DNA of 64,000 nt from the human T2T-CHM13v2.0 reference genome, Homo sapiens (GCF_009914755.1 NC_060930.1); one strand, 5' to 3'; shown: positions 1-15,016, counted from the first letter of the stretch. Program-made: numbers and translations. Notes: a model not told the origin generated them from the sequence alone.

Positions 1-4
1 TTCT

Positions 5-284
5 GGCCGGGTGTGGTGGCTCACACTTTGGGAGGCCGAGGCGGGCAGATCACCTGAGGTTGGAATTCGAGACCAGCCTGGCCAACATGGTGAAACCTCG
101 TCTCAACTAAAAATACAAAAAAATTAGCTGGGCGTGGTGGCGGACACCTGTAATCCCAGCTACTCGGGAGACTGAGGCAGGAGAATCGCTTAACCCGGGA
201 TGTGGAGGTTGCGGTGAGCCGAGATCACGCCATTGCACTCCAGCCTGGGCAACAAGAGCGAAACTCCATCTCAAAAAAAAAAAA
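5..284 (+). mobile_element. Alu (AluS, Sp/Sq-like) with small left-arm deletion
   Basis: GGCCGGGTGTGGTGGCTCAC start, central A-rich linker, AACAAGAGCGAAACTCC end, A-tail. Confidence 0.95.
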
Positions 285-869
285 GTGCCTACTTCTTAAG
301 TGTTTTGAGTTATTCCAGTGTCCGTCGGTTATTTAATGATGAAAGCAATATATGAAATACCACGCGTTTCCTAATCCACCAGCACTTAGGTATGGAGTAT
401 CTGCTGTATTGGAGGAAAATACCATGTATTAGATATTGTAGGAAGAAGCTAAGAGCTTAGAGCCTGCTCTCAGCCAGTCCTTGGGTAGCTGAGGGACCAG
501 ACATACGTACGGCAAATATGGACTTATAATACTAGAGGGGCAGGTGAATCCCAAGCAAGTACCATTGTGTTTGGGGTGGCTTATTCCAGGGAAAGAAAGA
601 AGGCATTATGTCGCAGAGTCTCATAGGAGGTGGGATTTTATCTCAAGTGTTGAAGGATTAAGTTGAACAAAATGATTGAAGGTAGAAATTCTAGCATGGG
701 GAATGTGTGAACAGAACATTGGAATCAATATCTGTTTAGGACATGGGAAGGAGATGAACTTGACCAGAGCAGGGGTTTTCTCTAGGGAAAAATGGTATGA
801 AATGGTATGTAAGATCTGCAGTACACATCAGAATCATGAATGTTTGTTGTTGAATATGGTTAAGGATAA

Positions 870-1183
<314 letters not shown>

Positions 1184-1585
1184 AGGGTCAGATTGTTAAG
1201 TCTTGAATGGTAAGCACAGGGGTGTAGAGCAGCATTTCCTAAACTGTATTCTCTGTAGCCCAGTTAACCCACGAAGTGATTTGTGAAAATGCATTCTGTG
1301 ATCACATGAGTGTAGGCAACATCATAGTCCACAAAGTGTACATGGACTTCTCACAGTCTTGAATTTGCTAATACATACTATGCATTCCCAAGGAGGTAGA
1401 ATCATAGCATGCCACGTCTCTCACACTTTGAACACAGACTGCTTCCCAGAATACTCACGAACAGCTACCCTGCATGCTAGTTTTCTGTGTAATGCTGTTT
1501 GAAAAGCACTGGCTTCCATTGCTCCATGTAGGATGAAGCATTAAGAAACATTTTGGAAGAAGAGAACGATAAGAAGAAAGTATGA

Positions 1586-1878
<293 letters not shown>

Positions 1879-1958
1879 GGAAGTATGATTTAAGGAAAGT
1901 TTTATGTTGCTTAAATCTGCCTGCAGCTTTTTTTATTCCTGCAGGCATAGATCTAGGC

Positions 1959-2299
1959 CAGGGGTCCCCAACCCCTGGGCCATGGACCTGTACCAGTCTG
2001 TGGCCTGTTAGGAACCGGGACGCACAGCAGGAGATGAGGGGTGGGCGAGCATTACTGCCAGAGCTCCGCCTCCTGTCTGATCAAAGGCGGCATTAATTTC
2101 TCATAGAGCACCAACCCTATTGTGAACTGCACATGCCAGGGATCTAGGTTGCGCGCTTCTTATGATAATCTAACTAATGCCTGATGATCTGAGGTGGAAC
2201 AGTTTCATTCCAAAAGCACCCCCTGACCCCCACCGCCATCCGTGGAAAAATTGTCTTTCATGAAACTGGTCCCTGGTGCCAAAAAGTTTGGGTCTGCTG
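1959..2299 (+). mobile_element. MER1B-like hAT/Charlie non-autonomous DNA transposon
   Basis: CAGGGGTCCCCAACC...GGGTCTGCTG termini; about 340 bp; degenerate 8-bp TSD ATCTAGGC/ATCTAAGT. Confidence 0.88.
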
Positions 2300-2464
2300 A
2301 TCTAAGTAGCTAAGATTTTAAAAGTACAGAGAAGTCCTAAAATTTCATGCCTTCCTAAAGCTACTGATGGGAACTAATTTCAAAGTTTGTTTTGTTGTTT
2401 TGAATGCTGAGCTTCTGGCTCTTATTGTGCTCACTGACGCTGAGTTTGAAAGCCTCTTTGCAGT

Positions 2465-2797
<333 letters not shown>

Positions 2798-3459
2798 TTA
2801 GGATGCTGCCCCACCTGGATGGTAATTGCTTTTGGGCATTAGCACTGTTAGAGGTGTGTGGCTGGGGAGAGAGCAATGTGGCCACCCATTTCATGCAACG
2901 CTCTCCACACCATCGTGGCATTGAACGAAGGATTCACTAGGAGCTATTGTAGCGATACACACGTGTTTGGGTTGAGGTGAGGTTCAGCCCCTCTGGCAGC
3001 TGTTGATAAAGGTTTTATTGCTGTTTCTAGCACCCTGCTCCTAAAACCCCTCTCTGACAATTTGGCCTGGTAGAACCCTTTGGACAGACCTGGTATTTGT
3101 GTTCTGTGTTGTCAGCCTCTGGATCATCACAGGATCATGGGAGATTGACTCCAAAAATTGTATCTTCCTCTACCCATATTTGAATGAGAATCATGTGGAA
3201 AGTATCATATCTTCAAAAAATCCTTGATTGCTTTTTTCTCTGCCTTTCAATTGCTATGTTTAGGAGCATTTTCTTTAACTCTACGTTTTGAAATAAGGTG
3301 GCAAATAAATATGCCACCTTATAGATAAAATTAGACAAATAAGAACACTGGATCTAGAGAAATATTAGGAGAATCAATAATACAATTAACTGGATTCTTA
3401 GTTGTGAAGGTCTTCAATTAAAATCTGTTCTTCGCAAACACAGGTCGAACGTCAGGGTC

Positions 3460-3466
3460 GTGTGTT

Positions 3467-3499
<33 letters not shown>
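3460..3499 (+). repeat. (TG)n(GA)n compound microsatellite replacing an Alu tail
   Basis: Seen directly; abuts a reverse AluJ. Confidence 0.9.
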
Positions 3500-3777
3500 C
3501 AGGCAGGCTCTCGTTCTGTCATTCAGCCTGGAGTACATTGGTGCAATCCTGGCTCACTGTAGCCTTGGTCTCTTGGGCTCAAGCAATCCTCCTACCCCAG
3601 CCTCTTGAGTAGTTGGAGCTACAGGCACACACTACCATGCCTGGTTAATTTATTTATTGTGGAGATGGAGTCTCCCCTTGCTACCCAGCGTGGTCTCAAA
3701 CTCCTGGGCTTAAGCTATCCTTCTGTCTCAGCCTCCCAAAGTTCTCAGATAGCAGGTGTGAGCCACCACACCCAGCT
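3495..3777 (-). mobile_element. AluJ
   Basis: Diverged reverse Alu with J-type GGGCTCAAGCAATCCTCC. Confidence 0.9.
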
Positions 3778-4329
3778 GAAACATAAGTTTTTAATGAAAG
3801 TTGTCATGCTTACCAAGGATTAAGTGCCAAATCCCTGTGTAATTCTTTTCAACCCAGATTTAGACTAAAATTACAGAAAATGAGAGAAAAATTAGGATAG
3901 TAAGTACAAAATCCTGAAGTGATCATAATAAAAGCAAATCTGTATTTGGTTCAAATTCTAAGATAGATAAACATGAGTCTTTCAGGAGAATCGCTTAAAA
4001 AGAAAAGTTGTTCAGGAGCAGATGCTTCCAACTTTTTTTTAATACAGCTCATTTCATTTTTCTTTTGGTCACCCTAAAATGGTGAAAGGTTTCTTCATAG
4101 CCAAGTGGAATCTTTTTTATTTAAACTATTCTCAGAAAGTTTTCTGTGTATATACATGTTGCTACTCTCTTTGGACTTGTTTGTGTCTGGTCCTCTTGGA
4201 GATTTTTGAAATAATCAGAAACACTTATGTCATTGACAGTGTTTACTATCTTTGAACAATTGTTTACTTTTTTTTTTTTAACAGGTGGCATGTTGGAGCA
4301 CGGGCCTGAGAAACAGTATAGCTAGGAGG

Positions 4330-4548
4330 GGAATTGAGTGTGAGACACTGGAATCAGGCTGCTTGGATTCTGGTCCTGGCTCCACTGTACACTAAGGCTG
4401 CAACCTTGGGTGACTTTGTCTCTCTGTGCCTTGGTTTCTCCTTAAGTAAAATGCAGTGAATAATAATAGTACCTGCTGCATAAGTTCTTTGTGAAGAGCT
4501 TAGAACAGTACCAGGTACATAATAAGTATTAAATAAGTGTTAGCCATC
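4330..4548 (+). mobile_element. MIR
   Basis: MIR core: CCTTGGG..TCTCTGTGCCTTGGTTTCTC..GTAAAATG..AATAATAGTACC. Confidence 0.8.
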
Positions 4549-5334
4549 GTTGCTAAATAAATTAGTAACAAATAAATGTTAGCTATTGTTTTTAGATTGT
4601 ATTGTTTGAAAAAGTGGCTTCTCACTTTTGGCGGGTTTTGGAAGAGGGAGAGAAAATGAGCCAGAAGGGAGGTGTAAATCTTTGTTTCTAATATGTTCAC
4701 TGGAACATCTTCAACTGGAAGATAGGATTTGACTGTTATGTGTTTTCATATGTATGCAGAAGCCATGTTATTCCTCCCCTCCCCTGAGTCAATGCCAAGC
4801 TCCTGAACACTCTGTTTATGCAGCCTTGGAAACCTTCTAGCTTCATGTTCTCTACCAGAAGCTTGAAAACAACCAAAGAGAATATCGGGTTTACTCAAAA
4901 CCTTGAGTGGCTCTTTGACACAGAAGCTTATAGTATTTAGCGTTCTAGGAAACCATACACGTGTATGTCAGTGTTGTTTTTTATGGTTGTCAGTGGAGGG
5001 CTAAAAATATCAGACCCTACATACATGTTGGTGACATTGGATTTTTTTTTGTCATGGTGTTAAGTGATTAAAATCAGGTTATTAGTGAACCATAATTTAT
5101 TTATAGAGTCAAATTCAACAGAACTCTATTTAATGTCATTACTGACCATGAAATTGGCAGTTTGATATTTTAGGATGACTTTTGCTTGTTAGATGTTTGT
5201 CTTTGGAATGTTTTGAGAACTATGGCCCCCGTATAAGTCCGATCTTGTCTCTGAAGTATTTCCAAGTTCTTTGGTTTAGAATTTTTCCTGATGGTTTGCC
5301 ACTAAAATCAAAAGCTGTGATGTGTGTTTGAGAA

Positions 5335-6310
5335 ATTCCACAATCTTCTCAGCCCTTAGCCCCTGAATTCTTTCTCTAAATAGTTTCTCTAAACCTATAT
5401 GACTTCAACTCCCATCCATAATAACTTCTAATCCATCTTCACTCTGGACTGCTCACATTTGCTCTGACCCCTCCAGAAGGTATCTCATCTGGGTTATAAT
5501 ACCATCCTCACCTCAAATTGAGGTGTCTTCAAAAGAGAATCCCCAAACTGGTTCTTCCTCCTTCCTCCTCAATGGCTCACTGGTGATATATTCTTATTCT
5601 TCTGCTTAGTGAGGTGTAATCCCTAGCTATTCTTCACTTTTTCCTCTCCTTTATCCTCCTTATCCCCACAGTCATTGAAACCTTTTAAATTCTTCAGTAG
5701 TACTCTTTCTCCCAACCATCTCCCTGGTCAAGAACTCATGGCTTCATGCCTATGTTAGCATAACAGCCTCCTAACCAGTCTGTATGATATGGTTATTTAG
5801 TCCCATATTCCCTTGGTAGCTTCCTGACTAACCTTCTAAAGCCTATATTTTATCTTTCACTCCTGATTCAAAACTTACAGTGGTTCTGAGGAAAGCCCAG
5901 ATTCCTCCATCAGTTTGTCTTCATTTGGCCCTGCTCCTAATTTGTTCTCAGCATCTTCTACTCTGCAGCAGGAATTTCCTTTTTGTGTTTAGTGTCAAAA
6001 CTACCATCACACCAGGCCCATTCTTCCTTTATTTGAATGCTTTAGAATCTCCTTCACTCTGTTTCCACTCAGGTATCTCTCTGCCATCCTTCAAGCTTCA
6101 GCTCAAGTCTTCCTGTTCTCCTTCATCTATACCTCTTCACTAGGAGACTCAGAACCTGCACTTTCTTTATCTCTCATTTCTTGCCTTGGGTGAACACATG
6201 TTACCTGTCCATTTTGATAACTCCCTAAGGGCAGGTATTATTAATATTAGGTTTCTGTGTCCCTCAGTATGATTTATATACCATAGTAGGTACTAAATAA
6301 GAGAATGTGG
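5335..6310 (+). mobile_element. L2 3' fragment
   Basis: CT-rich L2 motifs (AACAGCCTCCTAAC, CATCCTTCAAG..CAGCTCAAG) and a 3' end CATAGTAGGTACTAAATAA. Confidence 0.7.
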
Positions 6311-7163
6311 AGTAATCCTCTCCCAAAACTTGGGGAAGTCAACACATACACTGCTCTACTTGGGATCCAATGAGATGGCATATGAGGCAGCATTCATAGA
6401 AGGACTGTGCAAATGTAAGGCAGTGTCTTTCATTGCTGGGCACATTTGGGGTTTTTGATGATGCTGTCCTCTATTCCAGAATAGCAGTATGTGGTCAGGA
6501 CTTCTCATGAGTTTCAAAGTTTAATTGGAGACAACCAAAATGTGTTTCCAATAATAGGTCATAAAAAATAAGGCTTCTATTTGCGCATATGTTTACTTGT
6601 TTATTTACATATTTTCCTAGGTCTTTTATTTCCTCACTGTGAATATATTTGTTTTTAAATGTAACAGCTGACTAGGATAAAGGTGCTGTTTTCTGGTCAC
6701 CTCTGCATTGCCATGGTCTTTGTTATTGGGCCAAGAACCTTATTTATCTTAACACACACAATTGCTTAAGGATGGGGATTATATCATCATCCTTTGCATC
6801 ATTGAATTACACTGTGCTGCCTTCCCACATTGTCATGCGTACCAACTATCTAATCCAGAATGTCACACGCTGCTCCCTCTAAGCCATTTCCATGTTTCAG
6901 CTAGTACCAGCCGTGAAAAATCGCAGGCAAGAGCGGGGAGCTGCCTGCATTCTCCAGTAGGGCACCACTCTACACCTAAGCTCTTTGGTAAAAGGGGATA
7001 TAGAATCTATAGCTGTAAGCAAAAATGAGTCATTTTCACATCTGATTAACATACATTTTCTTCCCCAGATAAACCTGTATCTTCATTAATTTTTTTTTCC
7101 TTATCCTTTTTACCCAGGTAGTTCATATCAGTGAACATATTGGTCTTTTTTTCCTCTTTATAG

Positions 7164-7367
7164 GATCTGCATTTACTGCTCAACCACATCTAATTTGATG
7201 TCCTCTGCAGATTTAAAATGTGTGCCTTCTTTTCCGTCACCAAGTCATCCCTGGGTTACTACTGAACATCCTTCTCAATTCCCCCCGACCCATGGATGGC
7301 TGTTCTCCATTGTCTGTTTCACCAGATGTCCTCAAAACAAACAGACAGAAGAAGGAAGTGGCTAATG
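7164..7367 (+). other. Internal exon A (204 nt), probably 5'UTR of the host gene
   Basis: Acceptor TCTTTTTTTCCTCTTTATAG|G, donor ATG|GTAAGA; non-repetitive; stop codons in all three frames. Confidence 0.7.
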
Positions 7368-7599
7368 GTAAGAATTTTTTGTCCCTCTTAGAAAAATTTT
7401 AATGCATTTACTTTAAAGTGCTGGAGATGTGAGGTTTTTCTTGTAAGTAGGTAATATGAGTATAGTTCAAACATTTTGTTTTTAGGATATCAAAATTGTA
7501 GGAACCTTCATTGGGTCCTTTCATAGTGATGAATCAGAAAAAAGATGAAAGAGTACAGTACAGATAACTTTTTCAAACGTTCAAACATTTATGACATTC

Positions 7600-7960
7600 T
7601 TCTGGTTTCAGATCCCAATGCTCTCTACGTGTCACTCCTGGCATGACCCACCCACACACAAAACTCAATAGAGCCAGAGACAAACTCATTCTGTCTGTTT
7701 TAACACTTTTTCCTTTGAGTTTTGTGCTTCAAAGATCGTTGTTCTCATTTCTCTGCTGTCCCCTGCTCCCCAGTCACTCATTCCCTATTCAAGCAGTTTG
7801 CCATGCCTTCCAAATATTTCTCTAATTCACCCCCATTTCCCCATTCTCCTATTTGGCCCTGACCATCTCCGGCCCTGGCTGGTTCAGTCACCTTCTTACT
7901 GGGCTATCTAGTCTATCATGGACAGTCCCTACTGCTCCCACCCTTCTCAGGTGGATCTCC
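7600..7960 (+). mobile_element. L2 fragment (5' part of an interrupted element)
   Basis: Degenerate L2-like CT-rich motifs. Confidence 0.45.
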
Positions 7961-8487
7961 TTATGTTACTTTTGTTATTGACTGAAGAGTGTATTTCAAG
8001 ATTTTCAGCATTTCATGCCCCATCTTTCTCTTTGCCATAATCTTCCCACACCTGTATTCCCTGATGTCTTTGATTTGGTGGTCTAGTTCTGGTCCAGTTT
8101 CTGAATCAGTGCTGATTGAGACATAGTACATGTAAACGTTTTCCATTCTCCCCTCATCTCTTCCCCTATCCAATGGGCACTTAAAATTAAAATGACTATC
8201 CTACCAGAAATTTGGTGGCCCAGTAATGACCTCTGGGTTGCTGTGTCTTTCCTGTTGTTCCCACTACTATTCAGACCCACTTTCCTTCCCCAACATGTTG
8301 TCATTTGGTGGCTTCTATTTATAGTTCTTCCAGCCACCTTGTATTAACCTAGTCTAGGATTATACCTGGGTTTCTGTTCCTAAATTTTGACTAGTTACTA
8401 AGGTTAATAATCTTGTCTTCCTCTAACGTGGCAGCTTAGACTTCAATTTATTCTTGAGAGTTGGAGTGCCTTCCATCTGAATTCTTC

Positions 8488-8786
8488 TTCTTTTTTTTTT
8501 TTTTTTAAGATGGGGTCTTGTTCTGTTGCCCAGGCTGGAGCACAGTGGTAAAATCATAGCTCACTGCAGGCTGGAACTCCTGGGCTCCAACAGTCCTCCT
8601 CCTTCAGCCTCCTAAGTAGCTGGGACTATAGGCGTGTACCACCATACCTGGCTAATTTTTATTTTTTGTTGAGATGAGGTCTCGCTTTGCTGCCCAAGGT
8701 GGTCTCAAACTCCTGGCCTCAAGCTACCCTCCCACCTTGGCCTCCCAAAGTGCTGGGATTATAGGCGTGAGTCACTGCCCTTGGTC
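8488..8786 (-). mobile_element. AluJ
   Basis: T16 tail, reverse J-type consensus. Confidence 0.92.
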
Positions 8787-8857
8787 TGAATGATTCTTAT
8801 CAAGACTGGTGATGGTGGCATCTAAGAACAGCTGGGGGTGACTCTTTGTTCACTGTG

Positions 8858-9284
8858 TGTATTAATTTCCTCTGGCTGCTGTAGCAAATTACCACAAACT
8901 TGGCACCTTAAAACAACAGACATTTAGGTTTTGACAGGGCTGAGCTCCTGCCAGAGGCTCTGGGGGAGAATCTGTTCCTTCTCTCTTCCAGCTTCTGGAA
9001 ACTGCTGACATCCCTTGGCTTGTGGCCTCATCACTCCAATATCTGCCCCCTCCACGGCCACATTGCCTTCCTGTCTTCCATCTGTAGTCAAATCTGCCTC
9101 TGCTTCCCTCTTAGAAGCATACATGTAATGACATTTAAGGCCCAACTAGATAATTCAAAATAATCCCCCCATCTCAAGATCTTTAATTTCATCACATCTG
9201 CAAAGTCTTTGCATAGAAGGTAACATTTACAGGTCCCAGAGATTAGGACCTGATATATTGGTGGCCATTATTCTGTGTACTACA
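8858..9284 (-). mobile_element. MLT1 (C/D-like) ERVL-MaLR solo LTR
   Basis: TGTATTAATTTCC..GCTGCTGTAGCAAATTACCACAAACT...TACTACA; 5-bp TSD CTGTG/CTGTC. Confidence 0.88.
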
Positions 9285-9544
9285 CTGTCCATCTAGGTTG
9301 GGCCTGCTACTTCTCCTGGAAGTCCCACTCTTGACCATTTCTGAGTCATGGTTCAGTGCACTATGCCTTCCTGCTTCTCTGCCTCTTTGTCTTCCTCACC
9401 TCTACCTACAGAACTGGCCTTAGCAATGCTGTCGGTTTCCCCAAGGTCTGTCTCAGGCCCAGGGGCCAGGGCTACCTCCTGTTCCTGCTGCTTCTCTTCC
9501 TGTACACTTGCCTCCTTCTCTTTTATTGAGTTGTAGAAAATACC

Positions 9545-10040
9545 AAGTCTCTTTTCAAAAATCTCGTCCTGTGATGCCTCCTTCCTCACAAAGACCTTGC
9601 AATCCAGGCCCTTCCGGGCTGTCTGCGTTGTGTGACACTTAACTCGGACATATGTAGACATGCCTTGAGATGTGGGCTGCCATTTATTTATCTAAAATGC
9701 CCCTTCCCCTTGCTCTATATTGGGTGAAATATTGTACATTTTGCAAGGTCTTGTTTAAGTGTCAAATTCTCTGAGACTTTCCTAAGCCCCTCCCCCTCCT
9801 CTTTTCCATACAGAATCAATTACATCTTCCCTCTGTTCTTCCTTAGCACTCTGTTTATACTTGACTCAAACCCTTCCCACATTGTGTTATACTTTATTTT
9901 GTCTCTGTCTCTCCTTGCTGGACTTTGAGGTTCATGAGAACCAGGAAAAGGATATTATTCATCTTTTTTAATTTTAACCTGACATGGAACTCACAATACA
10001 TCCTTGATATAATAATAATATGTGTTTAATTAATTGATTA
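9545..10040 (+). mobile_element. L2 3' fragment
   Basis: TTCCCTCTGTTCTTCCTTAGCAC, CTGGACTTTGAGGTTCATGAG and an L2-type 3' end. Confidence 0.65.
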
Positions 10041-10208
10041 ATTTGAATTTTAAACTTTTCATAATTCAGAATATCTTAGAATAGATGAACATTTAATACT
10101 TTTCTCCCAATTTCCTTATGGACCCAAGAGTAATTATTTTCCTTAGATGGCTATGTACAGTCAAGCATGGCTTTTGTTTCCAGTATAAATTAATTTAAAA
10201 TACTGTAA

Positions 10209-10587
<379 letters not shown>

Positions 10588-10999
10588 CAATTTACTTTAA
10601 TATGAGATTTTTCTAAACCTTAAAGGCTACCAGTGTAATGTTGTCACTTGATTGTCTTCTTGTAGATCCAGACTTTTAAGCAGGAATTAGGAATGTTATC
10701 TGTGAAGATTGCTTCTTTTCACTTACTGGTGCTCTACTGAAACAATACTATTTTCCTCCCTTTTCCTGGGTGTTTTGTCTGAGTACATGTGAATGTCAGA
10801 GTTATTTTCCCTGCCTTGTCACTGGAATCTGCAGCCAGCCTCCCTGATTGTGAATGCATCCATGCTGTACAGCTGGCGTCTGTTTCCTATTTCTATAGCC
10901 GTGAGTCTCTCAGGGCTTTTGTAGAGAGTACGGGTGTTTTATTACATTGCATGTCTTATATGTATGAGAAACTTAAAGGGCTTTGAGGATTTTCTTTTT

Positions 11000-11170
11000 C
11001 GGTATCTAATCTTCTAACAGCTCTCTGAGGTAGGTAGCAGGAAGTGTTATCTCCATTTTGCAGACGTTATAACAGAGGCATAGCACAACTTGATGTAGGC
11101 CCCACAGCAAATCAAGGGCTGAGTGGAAAAGGTCTCCCTAGTCTTTCAACCTCCACTTCAATGCACTAGT
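11000..11170 (-). mobile_element. MIR
   Basis: CTCTGAGGTAGG..TTATCTCCATTTTGCAGA..AACAGAGGC. Confidence 0.7.
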
Positions 11171-11566
11171 TGCCAGACAAGTTAATTTTAATTTTTAAAA
11201 CCTCCATCCATTTTGGTTTTGCATGAAATGTTATTGTCAGCATTCAGGTGGTAGCAGTGCTCCAGTTCTAGTACTACCTTTCCCATCTTCTGCATCCTTC
11301 TAGAATCCCTTCTTGCTTGTCACGGTCACACACACTCATAAGTGTGTCTCTCTTTTTATGTGTGTATGTATATATGTAAATAAAGAAAATAAAAATATAT
11401 ACTCTTTCTTTAAAAAGAGTTTCTGTACAACATTAGGTTCTGCAGAGGGGTTGTTTGGTCTGGGGACTATATGCAAATATGAGATTTCTGTATTAGCAGC
11501 ATATCTGATACTTTCCAACTAGTTTTTTTTTTTTTCTTGTCAATCAAACATACTATGTAGATATTA

Positions 11567-11813
<247 letters not shown>

Positions 11814-14389
11814 CATATATATATAACCTATGACAATGGGAAACATAAGAAGTACTATAAAACTGGATATCAGATACTATTAATAAGTGAAATAAATGTT
11901 TTTACTCAGGTAATTCCTCTATGTGACTTATGGTATCCTCAAAGTGAGCTCATACTGTAACTTTCACATAACTTTCCGTCAAATGTGAAGATTTTTTTCT
12001 TCTCTCAGGGGACAGTTAATGCCTTTTGGTAAATGTAAAACTGTACTGCGAATGTCAGTTCCTGATCAGATTTGCCTGAGTCTCTAAAGGGAACATGACA
12101 AGGGGCTTTGTGCCTGCTGTGTAGGGTGTGTGGTAAGGCGTCTTTCTTCCTTGTGGCTGAATTTGGAATGCCCCGCTCTTTCAGTAAGTGCCATTAATTA
12201 CACTATTGCTCCTAGAGCACTGAACTGCTCAGCAGGGAATTTCTCCCCACTTTCTGGAGTCTCTGGGGCAGTTTCCATTCATTGCTGTGGGTGGTGGTGA
12301 GGCACAGGCTCTGCACCAGCCGCCTGGCTGGAATCCGCCTGGAGACCTCTTTGTGATTTCCCTGAGCTGGGAGAGGGGATTTGGAGCACCTGGTGGGGGG
12401 ATGCAGCTTGCCACCCTCGTCTTCGTCAGCCTCTCCCCTCCACCCCCTGCACTTGGGAGCACCACCCGGCAGCAGTGTTTTTGTGCCTTGAAACCTTTTG
12501 GAGCCGCTGGAATGGAGGCCACCCAGAGCTTCTGTGAGCAGCTGTAGCTGCAGATCTCCTATTGGCCAGAGCAGAGAATGTTCTTACTTATCTCCATTGA
12601 GCATGGGTGGCCGTGATCCCTCAGGATAATGCAATTTCTCACTGTCTGGAGGTGGAAGCTATTGTCCTGCTCTCCAGCTTGTTGTTTGAAGTCTTTTTGT
12701 AAGGCTTCCGGCTTCTGCTGACTCACAGACACACACAGAAAAACTCCCTTACTGGCTTGCTCCCTCCCAAGGCTTTTGAAATGGCTAAGGAGATAACAAA
12801 CCTCCCCCCTGCAAGGGGGTAATAGCTTAAATAGTAAGTAGAAAGAACTGTTTTGTACATGTCCACAAAGTCTGAGAAACTTCATCTTCCTCTTTCACTG
12901 CTCACTCCGTTTCCTTCCTTGTCCCTTACTCCCCTCTTCAAAAGTTTTGGGCTGAGCCACAGGCCTAAATGTGGTTTGCATATGATTTTTACAGAGGCAC
13001 AATTCACATCTGGGGACTTTTTCGGATTAACAAGTTGAAGGATGCCATCTTTGTTTCCCCTATGGAAAATTGCCATTTCTAATGAACATTTTATGAAGAA
13101 GCCTTCTTCACTTACCTCTCCCACTTGTGATAAACTGTAATTAAAATGTATGAAGAACTTGATTCATGGTGTATGCACCTGGGCTCTTTGTGGAGTCTCT
13201 CTTAGCAATATGCCGTGAGAACAGACTGGCAGTTGATGGATTTCTAAAGCAGAAAATCAAGCTTATTCACAATAGAAGCTTATAGTTTTAAAAACCACAT
13301 GGATAAGAGGACTGTAGTTTTGCAAGATTTGGCAATCATCGATGAACCCAGTAGCCACAGTGACCGAGACTGAAAATGTAGAAGGCTAGCTTTCCTTCTT
13401 AATTACTTTTAAACTACGTTAGCAAATTCTCAGGGTCAGTGTGATAGTGATAGTTTCAATGCTTGATTATAGTGATTTTTTTTCGCATAATAATTTTCTT
13501 ATGTTCCCGTAGCGTAACATAGGTCTTTTTATTAATTAAGGAGAAAGAGAAAGATTGTGTAGAAAGCATTCTTATGTGGTAGCATGTGTGAACTTCTTAT
13601 AATTAGCAACATGTCCTCATTGCGTACTTAGAAAAATCCAGTGATATAAATCCTCTATTTTGTGCAGTCACTATTTACCCAACTAAATCATTTAACTGAT
13701 AACATTCACACCTTTCTCCATGATATTTTAGAATAATATCAATGTACAAAAATAATCTCTGTCCTTTCATTGTCATCAGTTTATGAAAATACTGCCAAAG
13801 AGTTGGAAAACAAAGTTTTCTCATGTTTTACAACACAGCTCCCCTGGGCCACTGGGCCTAATTTGTTCTTACTAATTTTCAAAAGAGACTCCATCCTTTA
13901 GCTCCCCAGAAATATACAGGCTGTCCTAAAGAAGCCGCAGCCTGATACAGAAACTCTGCCAACTTCTAGGAAATGGAAGGTTCTGGAAAGTAGATCATTT
14001 TTCCCTCTGGTAGGAACAATATAAGTTTTAGACGTGGGTGGGGGGGTGTTGTGTTTGTGTTAGACATATATGTATACAGCTGCTAGTGCAAAAATCACAA
14101 ACCTTTCAGTTTCCCTAAGGCTTGTCTGCAGCCCTTGTGCCTTGAATGCAGATTGTAATAAATAGAGGCAGTCTCTGGCTGGAAATGCCGGACATCTCTG
14201 TTTGAGTTAGAGCTCTTGTTCCAGGCGTCAGGGGATTAAGACAGAGGGTTGTTTTCTAGCTTGCCCTAGAGCCCCTGGGCCTTTGCGGATTGGCGTAGTT
14301 GCCTTTCTGTGTGTGCAGAATCTTGCCTCCAGCCTCCCACAGTGTGGGGAGAGAGAATAGGGAGAAGTGAGGGAAGGGAGGTAAATTAT

Positions 14390-15016
<627 letters not shown>

